Assembly (NCBI GenBank): GCA_963745235.1
Contig: CAVUXE010000053.1
Coordinates: 128,001-192,000, forward strand
Source: an uncultured Spirochaetota bacterium
GTDB lineage: Bacteria > Spirochaetota > Spirochaetia > SZUA-6 > Fen-1364
Direction of reading: 5' to 3'
Length of the DNA stretch: 64,000 bases
Shown: piece by piece, positions 10,489-21,243 of the stretch
How positions within the stretch are numbered: the first letter of the stretch is position 1
Layout: the number at the start of each line of letters is the position of its first letter
Notes under the pieces: generated by a model
What the model was told of the DNA's origin: nothing
Seen by the model: the letters and a program-made list of their open reading frames with translations, nothing else
Databases searched by the model: none
Made by a program: the position numbers and the translations under genes

Positions 10489-11295
10489 GTGAGTCAAAGG
10501 GAAGAAAGCCTCGACGCGCTCGGATTCTACGACGAGCTGGGCGCAGATTACGACCTCATGGTCTCCTGGAAGCAACGGCTGGAGCGAGAGGCCGGCTTCC
10601 TTCGCCGAATGCGTCATGAGTCAGGCGCCGCGAGCGTGCTGGATGTTGCGTGCGGAACGGGCATGCACGCTATTACGCTCGCTCGTGAAGGCATGCGCTG
10701 CGCGGCGGCGGATATCAGCCCGCACATGATCGCGCGGGCACGGCAGAATGCCGCAGCGGCTGATGCAGCCGTGGATTTCAGGGTCGCTGCGTTCGGAAAG
10801 CTCCGCCAGGCTTTCCCGGGCACTTTCGACCTGGTGACCTGCCTCGGCAACTCGCTGCCGCATCTCCTTGACGATGACTCGCTCCGGGAGGCCTTGCGCG
10901 ACCTTGCGCAGGTTCTATCGCCCGGCGGGCTCCTCGTGATCCAGAACAGAAACTATGATCGTTTGCTCACGGAAGGGGCTCGCTTCATGCCTGTCACCGC
11001 CAGAGCACACGGGGCCGACGAGACACTGTTTCTTCGCTTGACCGACATCCGGTCTGGGGACCCGGAGCATGTGGATTTCACGATCGTCACGTTGAGGAAG
11101 AGAGAGGGCGCGTGGAGCCAGTCCATTCGTTCAACGCCGCTTCGGGCGCTGCGACGCCGGTTGCTGGAAGAGTCGCTTCTGCAAGCTGGGTTTTCAGGCA
11201 TCCGCGTCTGGGGCGGCTACGACGGCTCCCCGTTCGATGAGACAGGCAGCCTGGACCTCGTCATTGCGGCCAGGACGGCCGGGCCGCGGCCCTGA
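10489..11295 (+). CDS. Class I SAM-dependent methyltransferase
   Basis: VLDVACGTG, ADISPHMI and FDLVTCLGNSLPHL motifs. Confidence 0.9.
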   Translation: MSQREESLDALGFYDELGADYDLMVSWKQRLEREAGFLRRMRHESGAASVLDVACGTGMHAITLAREGMRCAAADISPHMIARARQNAAAADAAVDFRVAAFGKLRQAFPGTFDLVTCLGNSLPHLLDDDSLREALRDLAQVLSPGGLLVIQNRNYDRLLTEGARFMPVTARAHGADETLFLRLTDIRSGDPEHVDFTIVTLRKREGAWSQSIRSTPLRALRRRLLEESLLQAGFSGIRVWGGYDGSPFDETGSLDLVIAARTAGPRP

Positions 11296-12086
11296 ACCGG
11301 TGGACCAAAGCGGGCGCGTTTCCGCATCTCCCCATTCTCGATACCTGCAATCACGGCCTTGAGGGGAACCTTGCGATTGCAGCGGGAGAGGGCATCCTGT
11401 GCAATGGCAAGCAGACCACGGCAGCATGGCACCTCCATCATCACGACGGTGAGCGTGTTGATGCGCGCCGTGTCGACCTTCGCCATGATCTTGTCCCGAT
11501 AAACATCCTTTCCCTCGTCGAGCTTGGGGCAGGCAATGGCGAGGGCTCTCCCCTTCAGGAACTTCCCCTGGAAATCGGGGACCGCATGGGCCACGCAGTC
11601 GGCGCTGAGCAGCACGTCCTGTCCAGCCAGCTGATGAGAAAGAGGCGTGAGGAGTTGGAGCTGGATGGGCCAGTTGACAAGCTGGCTCGTCAGGGAAGAC
11701 TTTTGCGGCCCCGGCGCAGGAGATCCGATACCATCCGGAGCGGCAATGCCGTTCTCCTCAAGGTATTCGATGGCCTGGGAGAGGAGCCGTGATTCACCAT
11801 GGTCGTGCAGATGCTTCAGGTGCGCCCGGATGGTGTTGGCCCCCTGCGGTGCGATGCCGGCCACCACCCGCCTTTCGTCATAGGGCTCCGCTTCGCGTTC
11901 CATCATCTCGATAGCGCCTTCGAGGCAATGTCCAATGCATGCTCCAAGTCCGTCACAGAAGAGGTCACTGATGAGGCGCGCCTTGCCGTCGATGATCTGC
12001 AACGCTCCCTCGGGGCAGTTGGGAATGCATTTCCCGCATCCGTTGCACCTGTCGTGATCGATGGAAATGATCTTTCGTGTGCCCAT
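11217..12086 (-). CDS. 4Fe-4S ferredoxin-domain iron-sulfur protein
   Basis: CNGCGKCIPNCPEGA and CDGLGACIGHC; C-terminal NWPIQL, ACPKLD and MEVPCC motifs. Confidence 0.85.
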   Translation of the reverse strand: MGTRKIISIDHDRCNGCGKCIPNCPEGALQIIDGKARLISDLFCDGLGACIGHCLEGAIEMMEREAEPYDERRVVAGIAPQGANTIRAHLKHLHDHGESRLLSQAIEYLEENGIAAPDGIGSPAPGPQKSSLTSQLVNWPIQLQLLTPLSHQLAGQDVLLSADCVAHAVPDFQGKFLKGRALAIACPKLDEGKDVYRDKIMAKVDTARINTLTVVMMEVPCCRGLLAIAQDALSRCNRKVPLKAVIAGIENGEMRKRARFGPPVQGRGPAVLAAMTRSRLPVSSNGEPS

Positions 12087-12153
12087 GGCTTGATGGTACC
12101 CCGGCGTCAGCACGGGCGTCCTTGACGGGGAGCAAACGGGGGAGGATGGCCCG

Positions 12154-13170
<1,017 letters not shown>

Positions 13171-13177
13171 TCAAGCG

Positions 13178-13205
13178 ATGTTACTTGTCCGACCAAAAAA
13201 GTCAA
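13178..13205 (-). promoter_or_regulatory. ilvC promoter (leaderless type)
   Basis: On the minus strand TTGACT-16-TAACAT, then 7 nt to ATG with no SD. Confidence 0.65.
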
Positions 13206-13211
13206 CAATCA

Positions 13212-13259
13212 ATTCTCCAGGTTGCGATCTATTCTCCAGGTCACGGTCAATTCTCCAGG
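13212..13259. repeat. Three exact 10-bp direct repeats ATTCTCCAGG with a 19-bp period
   Basis: Copies at 13212-13221, 13231-13240 and 13250-13259. Confidence 0.9.
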
Positions 13260-14456
13260 ATCGTTATTTCCACCCTGCGGTTCTGCCTGCGGCCGATTTC
13301 AGTCGAGTTGTCCGCAACGGGAACCCGGGCGCCCATGCCGCGAGCCGTCATCTGCTCCGCGCTGCGCGCACCCAGAGACAACAGGTAGTTTGCGACCGCC
13401 CGTGCGCGCTGGTCGGAGAGCTTCTGGTAGTCCTCTTCGGTATAGCCGGGCGCGCGCGCCGTGTGGCCCGTGACGGCAATATCCCTGTCGGGGTATCTCT
13501 TCAGTATCTCGGCAATGCGCTGGACCTTTTCCTGCTCCGAGGGCAGAAGGGTGTCCGAGTTCGGCGGAAAGTTCACGTTCTCCAGGGTGATCGTCACGCC
13601 CTGGTCCGTTGGCTTGACCGACACGTCGGGAATTCCCTGCTTCTGGATCTCCCGCTGGATCTCCCCCGCCACGCGGCTGCGATCCAGGGGCTGTGCTTCC
13701 ACGAGCTCGCCATCGGCGTTGCCGGCATACTCCACCTCGTCCCCCGTGTTGAAGGAGAAGATGAAGTCGAAGTCCTCCGCGTAGTAGACGGGCCTTTTGT
13801 TCGCGAGGTCCCACCAGTAGCGCTGGTGAGAAAAGCCCGCGATCCTCACCGGGTACATTCCGTTCGTCCCCGCCGGCGGGACCACCTTGTGAAAGATCTC
13901 GTAGCTGATGGTGATGACGGCGCAGGAGACGCCGCCGCGGGTTTCATTGCCCGGCATATGTGTAGCTTGCCGTAATGGGGAAGCTGAAGGGCTCCGTGAT
14001 TCCGAAGCTGCTGCGCAGGTCATGCGTTTCGCTTCCCAGCGCCACCCACGACTGTCCCGGCTGGACGTCCCCATCCGGGAAAAGGGGAACGTCCCGGACG
14101 ACCGGCATGAAATACGACGGGTCGATGGTGTAAGCGCCGCGCCCGTCTCTCCAGAATTGCGAGGTATAGTCCTCGCTCCACTCGTATGTCCGATCGGAGC
14201 CATACGCCCGTTCAGAGGTCTGGAAGGTCACCGAATGGTAGCCGGCGTCTCCCTTCGTGTCCGTCACTTCCACCGAGATCTTGTTGAGGATGTCTGCGTC
14301 ATGAGAGAAGCGTCCGTTGATCGTTACGCTTTCATGGACTCGGGAGACGATGCGGTACTTCTCCCCCTTCGTATATGCGAAACGGAACACCTCGGCCGAG
14401 AGCGTCCCGCTCGCTGCCGCGAGCAGGAGGAGGCCAAGGGAGATCTTCTTCAGCAT
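13247..14456 (-). CDS. OmpA-family protein (split by a +1 indel near 13950)
   Basis: Signal peptide MLKKISLGLLLLAAA; C-terminal VTGHTA...LSDQRARAVANYL...NRRVEI OmpA domain. Confidence 0.88.
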
Positions 14457-14528
14457 GAAATGCCCCCTGCGGGAAGGCGCTTTTCCTTGACACCCCCCGC
14501 CCATTCGGCTATCTTGAGAAAAATATCG

Positions 14529-16250
14529 ATGCATCCCGACACCAATCAGTCACAAGCAGAAATACTCCAACTCCTGAGAAAAGCGGGATTTCCTCCTCCC
14601 ACCACCGTGCAGGAAAAGCTCGCTCCCCTCATTCTCAAAGGCCGGGACGTGGTCGTGGAATCGGGAGCCGGCTCAGACTCCACGCCGAGTTTCGTCCTCC
14701 CTCTTATTCTCGGCCTGCGCGGCGCAGGTCTTGCACCTCATGCCCTTCTGCTCATGCCGACCGTCCAGGAGGTGGGGAAGATATCGCAGGCAGTCACCCG
14801 TTTCACGCGCGCCGTGAGGGACGTTCCTGCTTTCGTGCCCCTGGGAGAGATCGAGGACGCGCGCCGGGAGCAAAGGCGCCTGGAGAAGGGGGCAACCATC
14901 GTCGCCGGAACCACTGAGCGAGTGATAGATCACCTGCGGCGCGGAAGCCTGACGGTGAGCGATCTGGCCACGGTGGTGGTCCAGGAGCCCGAGGGGGATG
15001 CGCGGGCGGACTTCATCAAGGATGTTCAGTTCATTTTTGCAAGGCTGACGGGGCGACACCAGACAGTTCTTTTCAGCGGGCTGCCCCCGAGCCAGGAAAG
15101 CGAGCTCGCAGCTTTGCTTCACCATCCCGTCGTCGTGAGCGCGGCCCCGTCCGCGGCGGCGCCCGCGTCCGCGCCAGTATCCTCGGGGCAGGCGTCGGGG
15201 AAGGAAAACCTCGCTTTCGAAGTTCCTGCAGGCGACAAGGTCGAGGCTCTTGCCCGCGTTCTCCTGGGCCGCCGGGTCCAGTCGGCCCTGGTGCTCTGCG
15301 CCCAGCGCGCGGAAGCGCAGAGGATAGCGCAGGCTCTCAGGCTTCGCATGTTCCGAGCCGTTGCCTGGCCCGCTGGCCCGGCCGGTGCCGCCCCAGGCCA
15401 GCGCGGCAGACCGCCGCGCGGAGGCGGGGCCCCGCTGGCAGCGGGGGAGTTTGATGTCGTGATTGCTTCCTCCCTCCCGGCAGGGTTTGCGCCTTCCCAC
15501 GTGGTGTATCTCGATGTTCCCGCCGGCGGCCGCTCCGTCCGGTGGACCTCCAATGTCATCGCTCTTGTGTATCGCGGCCAGGACAGGGAAATCTCCCGGC
15601 TGCAGGAGGCGACTGGTGTGACGCTGAAAAAGGGAGAGCTTCCGACTGACAACGAGGTCGTGACTGGCTCCATTGACCGTGTCCTTCGAAATCTCAAAGA
15701 CGATGGGGAAAGAGAGGAGCTCGTGCGCCTGCGGTCCCAGATACGCCGCCAGGTCCCGCTTCTCCAGCGTCCATTGTTCATGGCGTACCTGTTGAAGTCG
15801 CTTCTGCCGCCACGGTCCGCGCCGACGCCGCCACGGTCCGCGCCGACGCCGCCACGGCAGCCGCAGGAGGCGCCGGCCCGCGCTGCATCTGCCCCCGGCC
15901 GGGAGACGTCGCCAGCCCCGGCGGCCAGGCCGGCGAGGGGAAGGTTCGGTCGGAGCGTCGAGGTCCCCAGGCCTCCCATGGAGTCGAGCCAGGGGTTCAC
16001 GCAGCTGTTTGTCAGCATCGGCAGAAACAGGCGCGTCTTCGCCCGTGAGCTCACGGAGCTCTTCACGGAAAAGCTTCAGCTGGCCGCTCATGAGCTGGGC
16101 AGTGTTCGCGTGTTCGACAAGTACTCGTTCGTGGACATCAACCCCGCCCGAGCGGATGAGGCAATCACGAAGCTGTCCGGCAGCGAAGTCAAAGGCCGCA
16201 CTATCACGGTCAACTTCGCCAAGAAGAAGGAAGAGAAAGAGCCGCATTAA
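14529..16250 (+). CDS. Degenerate DEAD-box helicase-like protein with C-terminal DbpA RNA-binding domain
   Basis: Q motif GFPPPTTVQ and helicase-like layout but eroded motifs; C-terminal QLFVSIGRNRRV...GSVRVFDKYSFVDI; promoter TTGACA-17-TATCTT upstream. Confidence 0.8.
   Translation: MHPDTNQSQAEILQLLRKAGFPPPTTVQEKLAPLILKGRDVVVESGAGSDSTPSFVLPLILGLRGAGLAPHALLLMPTVQEVGKISQAVTRFTRAVRDVPAFVPLGEIEDARREQRRLEKGATIVAGTTERVIDHLRRGSLTVSDLATVVVQEPEGDARADFIKDVQFIFARLTGRHQTVLFSGLPPSQESELAALLHHPVVVSAAPSAAAPASAPVSSGQASGKENLAFEVPAGDKVEALARVLLGRRVQSALVLCAQRAEAQRIAQALRLRMFRAVAWPAGPAGAAPGQRGRPPRGGGAPLAAGEFDVVIASSLPAGFAPSHVVYLDVPAGGRSVRWTSNVIALVYRGQDREISRLQEATGVTLKKGELPTDNEVVTGSIDRVLRNLKDDGEREELVRLRSQIRRQVPLLQRPLFMAYLLKSLLPPRSAPTPPRSAPTPPRQPQEAPARAASAPGRETSPAPAARPARGRFGRSVEVPRPPMESSQGFTQLFVSIGRNRRVFARELTELFTEKLQLAAHELGSVRVFDKYSFVDINPARADEAITKLSGSEVKGRTITVNFAKKKEEKEPH
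15806..15857 (+). repeat. 21-bp in-frame tandem repeat (about 2.5 copies) encoding PPRSAPT
   Basis: GCCGCCACGGTCCGCGCCGAC twice plus a partial copy. Confidence 0.9.
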
Positions 16251-16831
16251 TGTCCACGGAGCTCCTGGAGACCGGGCAGTCGACGCTCCCTCTGTTCCTG
16301 GTGCCTCCGGGAGGAGCCCTGGAGGTTGAGATCGGCTGCGGGAACGGCCATTTCCTCTGCGAGTACGCCTCTGAAAAGCGGGGCGCAATTCTTCTTGGCA
16401 TCGACATCAAGAGCAGGAGATGCACCAAGGCCCGGGAAAAAGCCGAGCGCCGCGGGTATCGCAACATCGTCATTGTCAACGCGAACGCCGAAAGGATCCT
16501 TCGTGATCTCCCGGAAGCCTCCGTGGATGCGTTTCATGTCTATTTTCCTGATCCGTGGCCCAAGAGCCGGCACAGGAAGAGAAGGTTTTTCACAATGCAA
16601 AACCTTCTTGTCATGTACGACCTGCTGAAGGACGGCGGCAGGCTGCATTTTGGCACTGATTTCTTCGACTATTACATCCAGGCCAAGGTGCTTGTGGCCC
16701 TTCATCCCGGGCTTTCCATCACGGAAGAACCGGCACCGGCCTCCGTGCTCACCTCGCTCTACGGTCGGAAGTTCTCCAGCGCAAGCAAGCGGATCCTCAT
16801 CTTCAGCGCGGTCAAGGGCTTCAACGGATGA
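16250..16831 (+). CDS. trmB: tRNA (guanine-N7)-methyltransferase
   Basis: EIGCGNG, FPDPWPKSRHRKRR and GTDFFDY motifs. Confidence 0.9.
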   Translation: MSTELLETGQSTLPLFLVPPGGALEVEIGCGNGHFLCEYASEKRGAILLGIDIKSRRCTKAREKAERRGYRNIVIVNANAERILRDLPEASVDAFHVYFPDPWPKSRHRKRRFFTMQNLLVMYDLLKDGGRLHFGTDFFDYYIQAKVLVALHPGLSITEEPAPASVLTSLYGRKFSSASKRILIFSAVKGFNG

Positions 16832-18053
16832 GAAACGACAGCAGGAAGAACATGAGTGGGATGTTGATCGCGGTATTGAGAATGATGAAGAGAGCTGAGA
16901 CCATGGCGAAGACGGCCGCCATGCGGCCGCTTTTGACGGAGATGGCTTCCGGGTCTCCCCGGAGGAGGACAAGCTCAGCCATCGGGTCTTCGGGCTTCGA
17001 CAGCACGAACCTTTCACCTTCCATCCGGTAACCCCCGAACACCACGCACTCTCCCGTCCCCGTTCCGCCGCGCGAGGCGCGCCGGGAGACGTCGGAGTCG
17101 ATCTTCCTGAGGTCGGGAGGAAGCACCACGGTGTGCCCATCCGCTGTGAGCAGGCTCTCTTCCTGCGCCGCGGCGGTTCCCCGTACCATGATGTAGGGCT
17201 CCCTGTCCGGCAGAAGCGTTGTCCTCCTGATGCCGCCATCGTCAGACGCCGAAGGGAAATAGCGCAGCGGCAGGCGCGCGATGTCTCTCTGCACCCTCAT
17301 GAGCCGGGCTTTCTTCCAGAAGCTGCGATAGGCGAAGTACAGGGGGAATCCGGGCGGGAGGAACGGAGAGACCGGGGCAAGACCGGCGGCAAGCGCCACG
17401 AGGGCCAGGATCCTGGCCTCGGGAACGGCGAGCAGCGAGTAGGCCAGGAGGATGAGCGAGAGAGAGCCGATGGCGACGGAAGGGAGAGTGAAGGGGTTCA
17501 TGTACTCGTTGCGCTGCCGTCCTCCCCTGATGGCGGATTCGACGATGCTTTCCCGGGGGCAGTCGTGGATCACGACCAGGAGACGCGCCCGTCCGTACCC
17601 CCGAAAGACGCCTCTGCCCTCCTCTGAAAAGAGAGCCCCGCCGACGAAAACCGGCGTGCCTTCCGGCAGCGAGAAGATCCTGCTCCACGGCATGCTGCGC
17701 AGCTCGGTGTCCTCACCGGCAGAAGTGCCGCTGTTTTCCTGCTCGCCGTTTTCCGGGATCAGGTAGACGTGGACATTCCTGAGGTCCGCTGCCACCGAGA
17801 ACCGACCGTTGGTGATCCATATCCGGTGCTCTCCCTGAATGGCCTCGAGGGAGCCGAAGAAGCGGAACAAGCCGATGAACGCGTTGCGTTCCCGGCCGAC
17901 CGCGTGGGGCGTTGCGGTGGGATAGCGCGACACTTCGCGGATGGTCTGACGGAAGACCCTCCAGCGCCCGCGGACTCGGAATGCGCCAATTCCGGGGAGC
18001 GCCGCGTAAAAAAGCAGGGCGATTGCAAGGATCAGGGTGAGATACCACATCAT
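16821..18053 (-). CDS. Hypothetical membrane protein
   Basis: 410-aa ORF with N-terminal, central and C-terminal TM segments; RQRNEYMNP motif. Confidence 0.7.
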   Translation of the reverse strand: MMWYLTLILAIALLFYAALPGIGAFRVRGRWRVFRQTIREVSRYPTATPHAVGRERNAFIGLFRFFGSLEAIQGEHRIWITNGRFSVAADLRNVHVYLIPENGEQENSGTSAGEDTELRSMPWSRIFSLPEGTPVFVGGALFSEEGRGVFRGYGRARLLVVIHDCPRESIVESAIRGGRQRNEYMNPFTLPSVAIGSLSLILLAYSLLAVPEARILALVALAAGLAPVSPFLPPGFPLYFAYRSFWKKARLMRVQRDIARLPLRYFPSASDDGGIRRTTLLPDREPYIMVRGTAAAQEESLLTADGHTVVLPPDLRKIDSDVSRRASRGGTGTGECVVFGGYRMEGERFVLSKPEDPMAELVLLRGDPEAISVKSGRMAAVFAMVSALFIILNTAINIPLMFFLLSFLIR

Positions 18054-18100
18054 GGCGCGTATTGATAAAGGCCGGCGAATCCTTTAGGCTAGAGTATATC

Positions 18101-19100
18101 ATGGTGGAAAGAGTTGTCGTAGGTCCCTGGAAAACAAATTGTTACATATATTCGAGCACCAAGAAGGAATGCATCGTCATTGATCCGGGCGGGGATGAGG
18201 AGGAGATTGCCTCCCGCGTTGACGTTCTGAACATGGTCCCCATCGGCATTGCTCTCACGCACGGCCACGTGGACCACCTTGCAGCTCTGGGAAGGCTCCA
18301 GGCAAGCTATGCGTCCCGTGGATACACCCTCCCCATTGCAATCAGCCCGGCCGACCGCCGCTTCCTTGGCAGCGGCGCGGTTGAGGCGCACAAGGAGAGC
18401 CTCAAGGTCCACTCCCTCGACGAGATGGATTTTTTCACGGGGGACACGCCGGACCTTCCCAAGGCGGATGTGAAGCTCAAGGAGGGGGACCGGGTCTTCG
18501 ACATGGACCTGGTGGTCATCGAGACCCCAGGACACACGCCGGGGAGCCTCTGCTTCTACAGCGAGAAGGAGGGAGTGCTTTTCTCCGGCGACACCCTGTT
18601 CTTTGACGGGGTGGGAAGATCTGATCTGCCCGGCGGGAGCGAGAAGAAGCTCAGGGAAAGCATTGCAGAAAAAAATCGCCGTGCTTCCCCCCGAGACCCG
18701 GGTGTTCCCGGGGCACGGTCCGTTCACCACGGTCGAGAGAGAACGGCGCGGCAACCCATTCTTCCGCCAGCCCCCTCCCGAGCCAAAACCGTCGGAGCCG
18801 CAGAAGCGCGCCAAGCTCCCCGCGGGGAAGCCGCCGAAAAAGCGGGTGTCAGCCAGGGCAAAGCCCGCGCGCCGCCCCAAGGCGCAGCGGGCCGGGGCGC
18901 GTGCCCGGCAAAAAACCGCCGCGTTCCGCAACGGGAAGCCGAAGGCGGCTCGCCCGAAGATCGTGAAAGGGCAGGTTCGCTCGGCCAAGCGAGTAGCGGG
19001 GAAGGCCGGCGCAAAGAAGGCTCGGACGGTTTCTGTAGCCCGGGCTCAGGCAGGGAAGTCCTCCGCTCGGCATGTTGCCGGAAAGAAGAAGGGCCGCTAG
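18101..19100 (+). CDS. MBL-fold metallo-hydrolase (glyoxalase II-like) with Lys/Arg-rich tail (split by an extra A in the poly-A near 18670)
   Basis: THGHVDH, TPGHTPGS, FSGDTLF; PGHGPFTT continues in the second frame. Confidence 0.88.
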
Positions 19101-19204
19101 CCCGTTCGCCACCAGCGGGGCCACCACCGGCAGCCACTGTCAGGTCCACCGCTCCCTTGCCGCGAGCCCGTCAACCGCTCGCCGCTCTCTCGCGAGCCGG
19201 CTTA

Positions 19205-20494
19205 GGAAGCGTCAGAAAATAACTGGACGAAATTGCCTACGTGGTATATCATGTGCATGTGGATGTCGAGCCTTTGAGGACCAAGTACAAAGCCTTGGCT
19301 CCGGTTCTCAGTGAACGCGCGCGGCGCATCTGGGCAGCCACCGAAGCCCGCCAGGCGGGCCGTGGCGGTATTACCCTCGTGGCACGCGCGACGGGGATCT
19401 CATACTCCACGGTTGTGCGAGGCCTCAAGGATCTGGAATCAGAAGAAGTTGCGCCGCCTGATCGAGTTCGCCGGGCAGGGGGAGGGCGCAAGAAGACACT
19501 TCAGAAGGATCCGACTCTGGTGAACGACCTGGAGAACTTGGTCGAGCCCGCTGTCTCTGGAGATCCACAGTCACCTCTGCGCTGGACATCCAGGAGTGTG
19601 AGGACCCTCTCGGAGGCACTTCGTGGCATGGGGCATGTCGCCAGCCACCAGTTGGTGGCAGAGTTGTTATGCTCCGCAGGCTACAGCCTGCAGAGCAATC
19701 GCAAGGGCCGCGAGGGACCCAACCATCCCGATCGGGACGGGCAGTTTCGCTACATCAATCGGCGGGTTCGAGCTTTCCAAGCCGAGGAGCAGCCGGTGAT
19801 CTCCGTAGACACGAAGAAGAAGGAGCTGGTGGGAGACTTCAAAAACGCTGGGAAACAGTGGAGGCCGAAGAAGAGCCCCCACGTTGTTCGGGTTCACGAC
19901 TTCATCATTCCCGAGAAAGGAAAGGCGATCCCCTACGGAGTCTACGACCTGACACGCAACGCGGGGTGGGTCAGTGTGGGCATCGACCACGACACCGCGA
20001 GTTTCGCAGTCCGCACCATCGGCCGCTGGTGGCGTAAGATGGGACGACCCGCATACCCGCACGCCAGATCTCTTCTCATCACTGCGGATGCTGGAGGAAG
20101 TAACGGCTCACGTGTTCGGCTGTGGAAGTGGGAATTGCAGCAACTGGCCACTCGCACGGGGCTCTCGATCGCGGTCTGCCACTTTCCTCCGGGGACGAGC
20201 AAGTGGAACAAGATTGAACACCGGCTCTTCTCGTACATCAGCAGCAACTGGCGCGGGCAGCCTCTGACAAGCTTGGCCGTGATCGTCAGTCTGATCGCCT
20301 CAACAAGAACCGTAACGGGTCTACGTGTTCGTAGCGAGCTCGACACAGGTCCTTATCCGGACGGCCAGACTGTCTCCGACGAGCAGCTTCTTGAAGTGAA
20401 TCTCACGCGACATCGTTTCCATGGTGACTGGAACTACACGATTCATCCAAGGAAGACAGTCAAGTAATTAGTTCAGTTATTGTTTGACACTTCC
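19205..20494 (+). mobile_element. ISAzo13-family insertion sequence, 1290 bp
   Basis: Imperfect terminal inverted repeats GGAAGCGTCAGAAAATAACTGGAC and (rc) GGAAGTGTCAAACAATAACTGAAC; TTA duplication at 19202-19204 and 20495-20497. Confidence 0.9.
19259..20467 (+). CDS. ISAzo13-family DDE transposase
   Basis: GDPQSPLRWT, ISVDTKKKELVG, ITADAGGSN, PPGTSKWNKIEHRLFS and FHGDWNY motifs. Confidence 0.95.
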   Translation: MDVEPLRTKYKALAPVLSERARRIWAATEARQAGRGGITLVARATGISYSTVVRGLKDLESEEVAPPDRVRRAGGGRKKTLQKDPTLVNDLENLVEPAVSGDPQSPLRWTSRSVRTLSEALRGMGHVASHQLVAELLCSAGYSLQSNRKGREGPNHPDRDGQFRYINRRVRAFQAEEQPVISVDTKKKELVGDFKNAGKQWRPKKSPHVVRVHDFIIPEKGKAIPYGVYDLTRNAGWVSVGIDHDTASFAVRTIGRWWRKMGRPAYPHARSLLITADAGGSNGSRVRLWKWELQQLATRTGLSIAVCHFPPGTSKWNKIEHRLFSYISSNWRGQPLTSLAVIVSLIASTRTVTGLRVRSELDTGPYPDGQTVSDEQLLEVNLTRHRFHGDWNYTIHPRKTVK

Positions 20495-20851
20495 TTAGCG
20501 GTTGCGTCTCTCTTCAGAGGATTTGCAGTCGATGCACAGGAGCGCGTAGGGGATTGCCTCCAGCCTTTCGCGCGGGATCTTCTTGGAGCACCTGGCGCAC
20601 AGCCCGTACTTCTTGTTTTCGATCCTGGCAAGGGCGGACTCTATCAGCTGCAGGCGCCGCAGTTCCTGCGTTCCCAACGCTTCCAGGGTCTTGCGGTCTA
20701 TGTCGTCCGCTGCAATGTCGGCAAGATCCTTCGGGTCCATGTCTTCTATTATGGTGCGGAAATCCTCGCTCTCGGAGGCGAGGTTTTTCAGGATTTCCTT
20801 CTTCAGGTCTACCAGGGCCACTCTCATTTTTTTAAGGAAAGTTTCTTCCAT
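20495..20851 (-). CDS. dksA: TraR/DksA C4-type zinc-finger protein
   Basis: DLADIA coiled-coil tip; YGLCARC...ERLEAIPYALLCIDCK. Confidence 0.85.
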   Translation of the reverse strand: MEETFLKKMRVALVDLKKEILKNLASESEDFRTIIEDMDPKDLADIAADDIDRKTLEALGTQELRRLQLIESALARIENKKYGLCARCSKKIPRERLEAIPYALLCIDCKSSEERRNR

Positions 20852-20999
20852 ATGCTGTTGCCTTTAAGGCAAGGAATCTACATACAAACATGATCAGTTG
20901 TCAATCCCGCTCAAAAATCCCCCAAAACTCCAGAATTTCTTCCCCGCCGTTGACAGTGGGTGTCAAAGCATCTACACTTGCTTCCTCAAGGAGGGCTCT

Positions 21000-21219
21000 T
21001 TGCCGAAAGAAGAGGCTATTGAAGTTGACGGAAAAGTGAAAGAATCGCTTCCCAACACGATGTTCAGGGTTGAGTTGGAGAACGGGCACGTCATCCTGGC
21101 TCATCTCTCCGGGAAAAATGAGGAAACACTACATCCGCATTGTTCCCGGAGACAGGGTGAAAGTGGCCCTCTCTCCGTATGATCTTACCCGCGGAAGAAT
21201 CATTTTCCGCGAGAAATAG
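21000..21219 (+). CDS. infA: Translation initiation factor IF-1 (extra base in GGGAAAAATG near 21115)
   Basis: [39 protein letters not shown] plus [33 protein letters not shown] in the next frame; SD AAGGAGG. Confidence 0.95.
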
Positions 21220-21243
21220 CCTCCTTCAGCGGGTCCTTTCCCC

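Noticed and set aside
13212-13259. Mini CRISPR array
   Set aside because: 10-bp repeats with 9-bp spacers are far too short and there are no cas genes in the window
15806-15857. Phase-variable repeat
   Set aside because: The 21-bp unit is in frame and lies in a Pro-rich linker, so copy changes would not switch expression
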